Below, in pieces: positions 1 through 8,972 of a stretch of DNA of 64,000 nt. Position 1 is the stretch's first letter, and each line of letters opens with the position of its first letter. The stretch lies in the NCBI GenBank assembly GCA_036338595.1, contig JAYZBV010000071.1:1-64000 (forward strand), in the 5' to 3' direction. This stretch comes from Planctomycetota bacterium. GTDB taxonomy: Bacteria; Planctomycetota; UBA8108; UBA1146. The notes under the pieces are model-generated. The model saw only the letters and a program-made list of their open reading frames with translations, did not search any database and was not told where the DNA came from. Made by a program: the position numbers and the translations under genes.

Positions 1-92
1 GCGGTCGCGGGGGGGGGGGGCGCGCCCGCCCACCCCCCCCCCCGCCGGCGGGGGGGGGGGGGGGCCCCGCGCCGCCCCCCCCCCCCCCCGCC
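1..92. repeat. Low-complexity poly-G/poly-C tract at the window edge, probably a sequencing or assembly artefact
   Basis: Almost pure G/C homopolymer runs of up to about 15 nt, unlike the rest of the window; normal composition starts near 93. Confidence 0.7.
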
Positions 93-119
93 ACTGGAGC
101 CATGGATAGTGTCCAGAAA

Positions 120-2300
120 TTACTCGCGGAACACAGCGGGCTGAATGCCCATCAATCCCAGAGCCAGCGATGCGGCCTCGATGAGATCCACCTCGTTGCT
201 CGCCATCGCGCCCTCAACCGCCTTGAGGACCGCAGGCTCGACCGAGCCGCTACCCCGATGGATGTTACCGAGGGCGATCAGTGCATGGACCCTCAGGTCA
301 ACACTGGCGTCATCACCCTCCTCGACGACACGAACCAGTGCAGAACTTGCAGCGGCAGGTGCGAGCCAGGAAAGCGAGTGACATGTCGGAATCCGCACCG
401 TGTCAGAAGGAACATCGAGAGCGCTGATCAACGCATCCGTGGTCGAAGAAAGATCAAACTTGCTGCTGCTACGGGCAAGATAACGGATGGACATGGCAGC
501 TTGACTCGCCACCTCATCTCCGCGGGACGCTCTGGATCCTGCGAGCAATCCCACAAGCAGATCATTTCTCAATCTCAGGGCGTCGATGGCACGATTGACA
601 ACGAACACTGCCGATTCTTCGTCGCCGTAGGTAGCCTGCGCCTGGGTGAAGTTCTCATCATCTGCGAACACGATGATCGGCGTCCTTCTGGTCCTGTAAT
701 CGTCTCTCAAACGTCGGATCACGTCGGCAGCCGGAAGCGAGCCCGTGTTGCTGGAAATGGCGATCAGGTCCTTGGGAAACGAGATGGCTCTTTCAAGCCC
801 CCGCAGTGGATCCGCATCGTTGAAGGGCTCGACATTGGCTCTTCGAAGCAAGGAACCGACGCGCAGTGCATCGTCCTGGTCAGGGAAGATGGTCAATGCC
901 ACCCGGCGGCTCGCCTCGGAAAGACCCTCCGCAAGAGCCGGCACCACTGCACCGGATCCACTGAAGGATCCGCTCGGGTTTTGATAGGCCACGCAACGGG
1001 CGGCTGCAAATCTCACACCACGGTGATCGTTGGTCAGCGCAGCCTGTACTGAACTGGGCACCTGGGTGTCTGTCATTCCCAGGTAGAAGAGTCGAATCGC
1101 TGCCAGCAGATCGATGGCAGCCTGTGGGCGTCGATCTGCCAGTGCAAGATCGAGTGCGGAGTTGAGTACATCGACAGGCATCGAGTACGCAGAGCAGCGA
1201 ACCCGTTCCATCTCGAGCTTTCTGCCCCTCAGGGATGCCAGTTGCGATTCGTCAGCATCTCCGGCCTCGACCTGATTGGAGATGACGGAACTGACATCGC
1301 GGTACTCGCTCCAGCGCGCCATCAAGTTGCAGGCGTTGAGAGCCAGCGCCGATGCCCCGTCCGACTGGACACTGAGAGCGTCCCCGATCAGTTGTTCCGC
1401 ACGCAGCTCATTGAGTTCCCAACCCTCAACGCCTCTGTAGGAGAGACCGGAGTCGGTGATGGTCCACACGATGGGATCATGATAACTGCGAACCATCATG
1501 CTGGAGTCGATGCTGAACATATGGGCCTGGTCGATGAGTTTCTGGTAGGCGGAGGATGTTGCACTACCCGGCACGATGGCATTGGCAGCAGCAACAGCGG
1601 ATGCCTGGATCAATGGATCGGCGGTACTCTCGGCGAGCCAACGAAGACTCGGAATCGATACTGGATTGCCGAGCTTCTGCAACGATGCGATGGCACCGGT
1701 GACCACCCCTTGCTGGGATGAATGGAGGCAGCGACAAAGCGGCATCACGGCATCGTCCGCGAGGCGGATGATAGCCTGAATCGCCAGTACCCTGGCACCT
1801 TGCTCCGGCTGAGCCAGCCGCTCGATCAGACCTGGCATCAGATAGACTCCATGGTCGCTGATCGCCTGGTACAACACCTTGGTTCGCTCTAGCAGATCCT
1901 CATCAGAGAAATAGGTGCTCAGTGCAGCGGAGATCGCCGACGCATCCATCGAGCGCCGCTTCGTCTCCAGCGATGTGAGTCGTAGCAACGAACCCATCTG
2001 AGCTCCGAGCGTGTCGTCACCCGAACGGATCACCTTGATCAACTGGCTGTAGCCCACCTGATCCACCCACGCCAGCGCCTCCTCCGAGGTCACATCGAGC
2101 ATCAAGGCGCGCTCGAAACGCTGATGTGCATCGGAGAGTTTGCCCTGTTGAAACAGGCTGATGCCCTCGTCGAGTAGTTTTTGCACATCAGGACGTACCT
2201 GTGCTGACAGCGAAGCGGTTGCCGATACGGTCAAGATCACCGCTGTAACGATTGCCAAGATCATGTGGAGGAATCGACGCTTTTCCGTCCGGCACTCCAT
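120..2300 (-). CDS. Exported TPR/HEAT-repeat protein with an embedded receiver-like (REC) domain
   Basis: Signal peptide (KRRFLHMILAIVTAVILTVSATASLSA-Q), a TPR-like helix pair, HEAT-like repeats (VRFAAARCV, VRIPTCHSL, LRVHALIALG) and a REC-like segment (DLIAISSN..VIRRLRDDYRTRRTPIIVF). Start set at ATG 2300 (GAGGTG SD); 2321 is an alternative. Confidence 0.7.
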   Translation of the reverse strand: MECRTEKRRFLHMILAIVTAVILTVSATASLSAQVRPDVQKLLDEGISLFQQGKLSDAHQRFERALMLDVTSEEALAWVDQVGYSQLIKVIRSGDDTLGAQMGSLLRLTSLETKRRSMDASAISAALSTYFSDEDLLERTKVLYQAISDHGVYLMPGLIERLAQPEQGARVLAIQAIIRLADDAVMPLCRCLHSSQQGVVTGAIASLQKLGNPVSIPSLRWLAESTADPLIQASAVAAANAIVPGSATSSAYQKLIDQAHMFSIDSSMMVRSYHDPIVWTITDSGLSYRGVEGWELNELRAEQLIGDALSVQSDGASALALNACNLMARWSEYRDVSSVISNQVEAGDADESQLASLRGRKLEMERVRCSAYSMPVDVLNSALDLALADRRPQAAIDLLAAIRLFYLGMTDTQVPSSVQAALTNDHRGVRFAAARCVAYQNPSGSFSGSGAVVPALAEGLSEASRRVALTIFPDQDDALRVGSLLRRANVEPFNDADPLRGLERAISFPKDLIAISSNTGSLPAADVIRRLRDDYRTRRTPIIVFADDENFTQAQATYGDEESAVFVVNRAIDALRLRNDLLVGLLAGSRASRGDEVASQAAMSIRYLARSSSKFDLSSTTDALISALDVPSDTVRIPTCHSLSWLAPAAASSALVRVVEEGDDASVDLRVHALIALGNIHRGSGSVEPAVLKAVEGAMASNEVDLIEAASLALGLMGIQPAVFRE

Positions 2301-2816
2301 GACCACCTCTTTCATGCTCATCTATCCCCTTCTGGGCGTCTCCCACTGGTGAGGCGCAAGGATGCGATCACCGAATAGGAGCGCAGTTCTAAAGGTGTAT
2401 CGAAAAAGTCATCAGGAAGAACGGGAACACCTCCGAACAGAACTCCTGCCCCGGAAGCCCGAGACGGAGCCACCTCCGCGAGGTCCATTCCCTCCTGCAC
2501 ATCTCTTTCCATCCCCCGAAAATCAGGCCCTCGTCTCGGTCTTCCCGAGACAACCGACCTTCTCCCCGAAGTCCGCCACGCAAATCACCCACCACCAACG
2601 AGACCTCCCGGATGGCACGAGTCGACCGCATGACGAGCCCATGTTGTCGCACAGGACCCCTCCGCTGTCGAGCCTTCGCCAGTAACTCGTACCCTGAGAA
2701 GGCACCCTGGCGTCTTGTGGCGACTCTCTGGCATATTACGGTTGCATCGGAAGCGCTCCGCCTTTAGCACGGTAGGACAACTTTGGCCTCAGCATGAAAG
2801 TCATAAGTAAAGTCAA

Positions 2817-4025
2817 ATGAACAGTTTGAGGTTGCCGCGCCAAAATACGCTCTTCATCGATGCCTCGAACGGTGTCGCCGGTGACATGTTGATGGCGGCA
2901 CTGGTCGATCTCGGCGTACCCCCGCAGCAGTTGATCGAGCCGCTCTCCAGCGCTCTTCCAGAGCATCAACTGGAGTTTTTTCAGGAGACGAGAAGGGGCA
3001 TCGTCGGCCGTCGAGCCCGGGTCGAAACCCTCGAAACATCGCCTCCGCATCGACACCTCTCCGATCTGATCGCCGCCCTCGATCACCCACGGATACCTGA
3101 AGTGGTGCGCGATCAGGCGACCATCGTCTACCGCCACCTCGCCGAGGCAGAGGCAAAGGTGCACGGTTCAACACCGGAACAGGTTCACTTTCACGAGGTC
3201 GGCGCCATCGATGCCCAGGTCGACATCCTCGGTGTACTGCTGGCGATCCACTGGCTCCAACCGTCAGAGATCATCGTCTCGCCGCTGGCACTGGGCAGCG
3301 GAGTCGTCAAGGCTGCGCACGGAATCATCCCGATTCCTGCTCCTGCGGTGGTCGAACTGCTGCGCGGCTATCCCGTCTGTGCAGGGGCAGCGGGACGCGA
3401 ACTGACCACTCCGACCGGCGCAGCGTTACTGATCAGCCTCGCCGATCGATTCTGTCATGCGCCGGAAGGCTCTCCGATAGCGCAGGGCTGGGGTGCGGGC
3501 ACCCGCATTGCCCCGGAATGCGACCCCCCCAACATGGTTCGTGCGATGCTGCTGGAAAGCAGCGTTCTCACGAGAGAAACGATCGCAGTGCTGGAAACTC
3601 ACCTCGATCATCTATCCGGGGAAGAAGCCGGCGGCGTGGTCGAGGCCTTGATGGAATGTGGTGCACTCGATGCTGTGCTGGTTCCCGCATGGATGAAAAA
3701 ATCGAGGCCGGGACAGTTGTTGACCGTGATCGCCAGACCGGAGGACCGGGAACGACTGATCGGTGAGATCCATATTCTCACCGGCACCCTCGGTGTTCGA
3801 GAGCGATTACAGCAACGAAGTACCTTGCGTCGAGAAGAGGCAACCATCGATGTCGCCGGATCGCAGATCCGCATCAAGAAAGCGTGGTTGGGAGACCAGC
3901 TCATCTCGATACGTCCAGAGCAGGATGACCTCAGAGCGACCGCCCGATCGAGTGGCTACTCTCCTACGGAGATCCGCCGCCTGGCGGAGATCGAGATCGA
4001 GAAAGTCGGTCATTCCTGTGAATGA
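2817..4025 (+). CDS. larC: Nickel-pincer cofactor biosynthesis protein LarC
   Basis: GVAGDMLMAALVDLG, AEAKVHG..VHFHEVGAIDA, ELTTPTGAA and MKKSRPG motifs typical of LarC (DUF111). Confidence 0.93.
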   Translation: MNSLRLPRQNTLFIDASNGVAGDMLMAALVDLGVPPQQLIEPLSSALPEHQLEFFQETRRGIVGRRARVETLETSPPHRHLSDLIAALDHPRIPEVVRDQATIVYRHLAEAEAKVHGSTPEQVHFHEVGAIDAQVDILGVLLAIHWLQPSEIIVSPLALGSGVVKAAHGIIPIPAPAVVELLRGYPVCAGAAGRELTTPTGAALLISLADRFCHAPEGSPIAQGWGAGTRIAPECDPPNMVRAMLLESSVLTRETIAVLETHLDHLSGEEAGGVVEALMECGALDAVLVPAWMKKSRPGQLLTVIARPEDRERLIGEIHILTGTLGVRERLQQRSTLRREEATIDVAGSQIRIKKAWLGDQLISIRPEQDDLRATARSSGYSPTEIRRLAEIEIEKVGHSCE

Positions 4026-4710
4026 ACGCCCAACTCCTGCGTCATCCCCGGTAACGACCTCAAAGGCAGGCCGTTCCACGGGGGGAAATGTGGATGTGGA
4101 GCAAGATGATGAAGACCGCCGTCTCGTGCGCAGGCACCTCTCAGGAGATGTCGGTGGCTTCGAGGACCTCTATCGACGTCACAGGGAACGCATCTTTGCG
4201 GTCCTGGTCCGCATGCTCCGCAACAGGGAGGATGCGCTCGAGGCGACCCAGGAGGTGTTCATCCGGATCCACCGGGGGCTCGATTCCTTCGATCCATCGG
4301 GGCGATTCCTCACCTGGGCATTTCGCATTGCGACCAATCACGCCATCGACAGGATTCGGCGGCGAAAGGTCCGAAAAGAGACTCCCATCATCGAGGAGTC
4401 CGTGGCCGCCGGATCTGACCTTCGCACCGGTCGCAGCAGCCAGCCCGTGGGTGCGGATGCGATGGAGCGTGAGGAGATCGCCAATGCGATACACGATGCG
4501 GTCGGAGAGCTGGGTGATGCCCATCGCATCGTATTCACGCTTCACTGCTACGAAAATCTCTCCTATGGCGAGATCGCTGCCGTACTGGGAATTCCGGTGG
4601 GAACTGTGATGTCTCGCCTCTACCACGCTCGGCGCAAGATCAGGAATGCACTTCCTGGCGACTGGGATCCCGGTGGACCGAGCCGCTCACGAGAAAGGGA
4701 ACAGGAATGA
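4018..4710 (+). CDS. ECF-family RNA polymerase sigma factor
   Basis: Region 2 (DALEATQEVF..TWAFRIATNHAIDRIRRR) and region 4 (LSYGEIAAVLGIPVGTVMSRLYHARRKIR). Start is GTG 4018 (overlaps the larC stop) or GTG 4090. Confidence 0.92.
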   Translation: MNERPTPASSPVTTSKAGRSTGGNVDVEQDDEDRRLVRRHLSGDVGGFEDLYRRHRERIFAVLVRMLRNREDALEATQEVFIRIHRGLDSFDPSGRFLTWAFRIATNHAIDRIRRRKVRKETPIIEESVAAGSDLRTGRSSQPVGADAMEREEIANAIHDAVGELGDAHRIVFTLHCYENLSYGEIAAVLGIPVGTVMSRLYHARRKIRNALPGDWDPGGPSRSREREQE

Positions 4711-5192
4711 ACGAAGCCTCTGACCTGCAACGATTTCAGGAATTGATCGAAGCTTCGGCTGAGCGTGAGTTGACCGAGGTGGAGACCGCATTCATCGGTC
4801 GGATGGGGTTCCGTTCCGAGCAATGTCGGCAGTGGCTCGAGGCCGATGCCGAGCTGGTTGCTGCTGCGGTGGAGCAGGATCCGCTACGCACGGTGCCCGC
4901 CGCCACCACTCTGGACTGGGCGAGAGTCGATGCAGGACTTCGTCGCGCCGGAGCCTTACCCGACTCCAGAGCACAATCCAGGAACGCCTGGCCACTGCTC
5001 CCTGCCGCTGCTGCCCTTCTGCTCTGTATCGGAGTCATTAACGCCATCCTTCGCGATGGCCTCTCCACCATCCCGCAGGCGCCTGCCGAAGTGGTCGCCG
5101 AAGTTCTCGACTTGCCTGACGGCGATGGAAGTCTCATCCTACACGAGGGGGATGAGGATGGTGTCCTGATGATCATCCTCTCGAACGGATAG
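4707..5192 (+). CDS. Putative transmembrane anti-sigma factor
   Basis: ATGA overlap with the ECF sigma gene; N-terminal helical domain and one TM helix (WPLLPAAAALLLCIGVINAIL). Confidence 0.65.
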   Translation: MNEASDLQRFQELIEASAERELTEVETAFIGRMGFRSEQCRQWLEADAELVAAAVEQDPLRTVPAATTLDWARVDAGLRRAGALPDSRAQSRNAWPLLPAAAALLLCIGVINAILRDGLSTIPQAPAEVVAEVLDLPDGDGSLILHEGDEDGVLMIILSNG

Positions 5193-5200
5193 GGAAACGC

Positions 5201-5662
5201 ATGAATGCCTGGATCACTGCTCTCGGATTGCTGCTTTCGATCACGTCTGCCGGGCGTGTCGCTGCCGAATCACCCGTGCAGGTAGACCGTCTGACTGCCA
5301 TGGCGGTCTCTCTCGATGTCGTTCACACGGTCGGCACCGATGCCGGTGGCATCCCCGATTCGCTGAAGAAGTACGGCAAGTACCTGCGTCGAGCCGGCTC
5401 GGAGAACTGGAAGTTGACCTCGAGGAAAAGCCAGCAATTGAACCCCGGGGCCGAAAAACTGGTGACCCTGCCCGGAAAACTTGGGAAGGCGAGGATCTCC
5501 CTGGATGCCAAGGGTGTCGCAACCGTCAAGATCGTGGACATGAAGGGTAAAAGTCTCGGTACATACCGTTCTAGCCGTTTCCCGCTCGTCATCGCCAACA
5601 ACCGACTGCGCATCGGCGGCAAACCCTATGTCTTCATCCTCGACCGACCGACCAAGAAATAA
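5201..5662 (+). CDS. Secreted basic hypothetical protein in the ECF operon
   Basis: Starts 8 nt after the anti-sigma stop; signal peptide ending VAA-E; Lys/Arg-rich mature part. Confidence 0.7.
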   Translation: MNAWITALGLLLSITSAGRVAAESPVQVDRLTAMAVSLDVVHTVGTDAGGIPDSLKKYGKYLRRAGSENWKLTSRKSQQLNPGAEKLVTLPGKLGKARISLDAKGVATVKIVDMKGKSLGTYRSSRFPLVIANNRLRIGGKPYVFILDRPTKK

Positions 5663-5719
5663 CGCAAGAACCCGGAAATCCATTGCAGCGATACCCCTCC
5701 AGATCCGATCTTTTCAGAT

Positions 5720-7000
5720 ATGGAGAGTTACAGGATCGCACTACTGGGACTGGGGACCGTCGGACGGGCAGTGGCTGAATTGCTCAGCACGACTCGTGAC
5801 GAATGCGCAACTCGAGCGGGACGACCGATCGAGGTCTCCCGGATCGTCGTCAGAGATCCATCCCGCAATCGAGAAGTCCCCGCGGATCTTCCAGGAAGGG
5901 CGATCATCGGAGGCGACGCCAACGAGGCGATCACCGATCCAGAAATCGATGCGATCGTCGAACTCGTCGGCGGCACCGAAGCTCCTCTCGGCTGGATCCG
6001 CCTCGCTCTCGAGCAGGGAAAAGACGTGGTCACCGCAAACAAGGCTGTGCTCGCTATACACGGAGATGAGTTGTTCGGTGTGGCCGAGAATCACGACAGT
6101 TCACTCTACTACGAGGCTTCGGTGGCGGCTGCAGTGCCGATCCTCCAGGTCATCCAGCAGGGAATCCCGGCAGGTCCGGTCGATCGACTGACCGGCATCC
6201 TCAACGGAACCTGCAACTTCATCCTGGGGCGCCTCGAAGAACTCTCCTTCGACGAATCGGTCAAGGCTGCGCAGCTGGCGGGACTCGCCGAAGCGGATCC
6301 CACGCTCGATATCAGTGGCATGGACTCCGCACACAAATTAGCACTGCTCGCTCGCATCCTGCTCGGCTGCAGCGTTCCGATCGAGAAACTGAGAATCGAG
6401 GGGATCGAGGGGCTCTCACCACACGACATCGAATTCGGCTGGGAGCATGATCTGAGCCTCAAGTTGATCGGCATGTTGAGGAGGAATGGCAACGGAACAT
6501 CACTCGGAGTGATGCCGTGCTTCCTTCCCAACTCTCATCCACTCGCTTCGGTTCGCGACGAGGACAACGCAGTCTTGCTCGAGGCGGAACCATTCGGAGC
6601 ACTGATGTTGCAGGGCAAGGGTGCAGGAGGAATGCCAACAGCAGGGAGTGTCGTCGCCGACATCATCCGTGCTGCTCGTGGTGAATCCATCGCCACCCCC
6701 CGTTCCGGAGTTCTCGAACAGATCACCGATCCTGGCGACATCCCGGTGAGACACTACCTGCGCCTCGAGGTTCCCGACCGGCCCGGGGTCCTGGCGAGGG
6801 TCGCAGGCGCACTCGCCGCAGAAGAGGTCGGGATCGCAGCGCTCGATCAACCGGAAATCCTCGATTCGGTCGCAGAGCAGGTACCGATCCGGATCATGAC
6901 TCACCCAGTCGCAACGACCCGACTCGATGCCGCACTCTCCTTGCTCGACGAGGATCTTCGCAGTATCACCGGGCCGATACGAATCCGGATCGAGGAGTAA
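5720..7000 (+). CDS. hom: Homoserine dehydrogenase with C-terminal ACT domain
   Basis: GLGTVG Rossmann motif, VVTANK, GILNGTCNFIL, AEADPTLDISG, ACT segment DRPGVLARV. Confidence 0.96.
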   Translation: MESYRIALLGLGTVGRAVAELLSTTRDECATRAGRPIEVSRIVVRDPSRNREVPADLPGRAIIGGDANEAITDPEIDAIVELVGGTEAPLGWIRLALEQGKDVVTANKAVLAIHGDELFGVAENHDSSLYYEASVAAAVPILQVIQQGIPAGPVDRLTGILNGTCNFILGRLEELSFDESVKAAQLAGLAEADPTLDISGMDSAHKLALLARILLGCSVPIEKLRIEGIEGLSPHDIEFGWEHDLSLKLIGMLRRNGNGTSLGVMPCFLPNSHPLASVRDEDNAVLLEAEPFGALMLQGKGAGGMPTAGSVVADIIRAARGESIATPRSGVLEQITDPGDIPVRHYLRLEVPDRPGVLARVAGALAAEEVGIAALDQPEILDSVAEQVPIRIMTHPVATTRLDAALSLLDEDLRSITGPIRIRIEE

Positions 7001-7002
7001 AG

Positions 7003-8061
7003 ATGGCAGGACTCATCGAACGATACAGAAATCGCCTCCCGGTGACGGGAGATACGCCCGTGATCAGTCTCGAGGAGGGCTCGACACCTCTGATCCCTGC
7101 ACCGGCATTGAGCGCTCTGCTGGGGGAAGATCGCCAGGTCTTTCTCAAATTCGAGGGGCTCAATCCGACCGGCTCCTTCAAGGACCGTGGCATGACGCTG
7201 GCGGTGTCGAAGGCGATGGAGGAAGGATGCCGCGGAGTCATCTGCGCATCGACAGGAAACACATCGGCGTCGGCTGCAGCGTACGCCGCCAGAGCTGGAG
7301 TCCCCTGCTGGGTGGTGCTCCCTGCGGGTAAAGTCGCTGCGGGAAAACTGGCGCAGGCGATTGTTCATGGCGCCATCGTCATCCCCATCGATGGCAACTT
7401 CGATATTGCCCTGCAACGGGTCATCGAGATCGCCGATGCAGAGGGCATCACGCTGGTGAACTCGATCAATCCATACCGGATAGAGGGCCAGAAAACGGTC
7501 GCATTCGAGATCATCGATGAACTGGGCAGCGCACCGGCGACGCATTTTCTGCCGGTCGGAAACGCAGGTAACATCACGGCAGCGTGGCGTGGCTACAGCG
7601 AGGAAAGAGAGACGGGCCGAATCCAGGTTCCTCCCCGGATGATCGGTTGTCAGGCTGCGGGGTCGGCACCCATCGTCAACGGCGCAGTGGTCGAGAACCC
7701 GGAGACGATCGCCACCGCCATCCGCATCGGCAACCCGGCCTCATGGCAGGGAGCTCTTGGAGCCATCGAGGAGTCCCATGGAGCCATCCTTGCGGTCGAG
7801 GACGAGCAGATCCTGGCCGCCTACCGACACCTCTCCAGCAAGGAGGGAGTCTTCTGCGAGCCGGCGAGCGCCGCCAGCGTTGCGGGCTTGCTGAAGCAGC
7901 ATGAGGCGGGAATCGAAATCGCTCCCCCTGGAGGCACCATCGTCTGCACCCTCACAGGCCATGGCTTGAAAGATCCTGAGCGCGCTGTCGATGGGACCGT
8001 GCTTCCAGAGCCGATCGGCTCGGACCTCGATGACCTGCGCCAGGCGATGGGGCTGTCATGA
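7003..8061 (+). CDS. thrC: Threonine synthase
   Basis: NPTGSFKDRG (PLP lysine), CASTGNTSAS, PVGNAGNI, LTGHGLKDP. Confidence 0.97.
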   Translation: MAGLIERYRNRLPVTGDTPVISLEEGSTPLIPAPALSALLGEDRQVFLKFEGLNPTGSFKDRGMTLAVSKAMEEGCRGVICASTGNTSASAAAYAARAGVPCWVVLPAGKVAAGKLAQAIVHGAIVIPIDGNFDIALQRVIEIADAEGITLVNSINPYRIEGQKTVAFEIIDELGSAPATHFLPVGNAGNITAAWRGYSEERETGRIQVPPRMIGCQAAGSAPIVNGAVVENPETIATAIRIGNPASWQGALGAIEESHGAILAVEDEQILAAYRHLSSKEGVFCEPASAASVAGLLKQHEAGIEIAPPGGTIVCTLTGHGLKDPERAVDGTVLPEPIGSDLDDLRQAMGLS

Positions 8062-8972
8062 ATCGCTCGATCATTCACGCTCCTGCTTCGAGCGCTAACA
8101 TCGGACCCGGCTTTGATGTGCTGGGGCTGGCTGTAAATCTGGCCATCCGTGTCGAGTTGCAGACCGCTGGAAGCGATGGCTTCTCGCTCGAGATCTCCGG
8201 TGAAGGGAGTGATTCCCTGCCGACGGATCGATCCCACCTCATCGTCAGCACCGCTGCAGAAATCGCAGGAGATGCCATCGAGTCGGTGGCATGGAAGATC
8301 GAGAGCGACATCCCGATGGCGAGAGGACTCGGATCGAGTGCCGCCGCACACGCATGTGGCGTCGCGGCTGGGATTCTGCTTCGAGATGGCTGCGCGCCAC
8401 GGCCAGAGGAGGTGTTTCAACGCCTCTGCGACCTCGAAGGGCACCCCGACAACGCTGCGGCCTGTGTTGCAGGAGGGTTTCAGGCAGGTGGACGAGTTGC
8501 AGAGAAGTGGACCCGCTCGCATCTGGCCATCGAATCCGCACCTCGGCTGCTCACCCTGATCCCTGAAGTGCCACTGGAAACGGTCCGGGCGAGAGCGGCG
8601 TTACCGGATCAATACCCTCGAACTGACACCGTCGGAAATCTCCAGTCGCTGGCAACTCTCATCTCGGGTCTCGCCAGAGGCGATTGGGATGCGGTTCACC
8701 ACGGGTGCATCGATCGCCTTCACCAGCCATACCGTCTGCCACTGATCGCTGGCCTGGGCGCAGCACTGGAGTCTCTGCGGGCAACACCAGAATTACGAGG
8801 AGGCTGGCTCTCGGGAGCAGGTCCGACCCTCGCCGCGTTCATTCCCGATTCATCCTCCGGAGACGAACTCGCAGCAGAAGCGGTGAAGGTCCTAGAGGAT
8901 GCCGACGTTCCCTGTCGCGTACAAGTTCTCGAGATCGATCCGGATGGACTGCGGGTGGAGGAACAGCGATGA
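8058..8972 (+). CDS. thrB: Homoserine kinase
   Basis: PASSANIGPGFD, PMARGLGSSAA (GHMP motif), EGHPDN, LSGAGPT; ATGA overlap with thrC. Confidence 0.96.
   Translation: MNRSIIHAPASSANIGPGFDVLGLAVNLAIRVELQTAGSDGFSLEISGEGSDSLPTDRSHLIVSTAAEIAGDAIESVAWKIESDIPMARGLGSSAAAHACGVAAGILLRDGCAPRPEEVFQRLCDLEGHPDNAAACVAGGFQAGGRVAEKWTRSHLAIESAPRLLTLIPEVPLETVRARAALPDQYPRTDTVGNLQSLATLISGLARGDWDAVHHGCIDRLHQPYRLPLIAGLGAALESLRATPELRGGWLSGAGPTLAAFIPDSSSGDELAAEAVKVLEDADVPCRVQVLEIDPDGLRVEEQR

Noticed and set aside
1..92. G-quadruplex or functional repeat
   Set aside because: Irregular homopolymer runs at the sequence edge fit a contig-end artefact better.
2318..2512. 64-aa ORF with ATGA overlap onto the HEAT gene
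   Set aside because: No recognisable motif, weak SD, and the HEAT gene has a better start at 2300. Not excluded, but unsupported.
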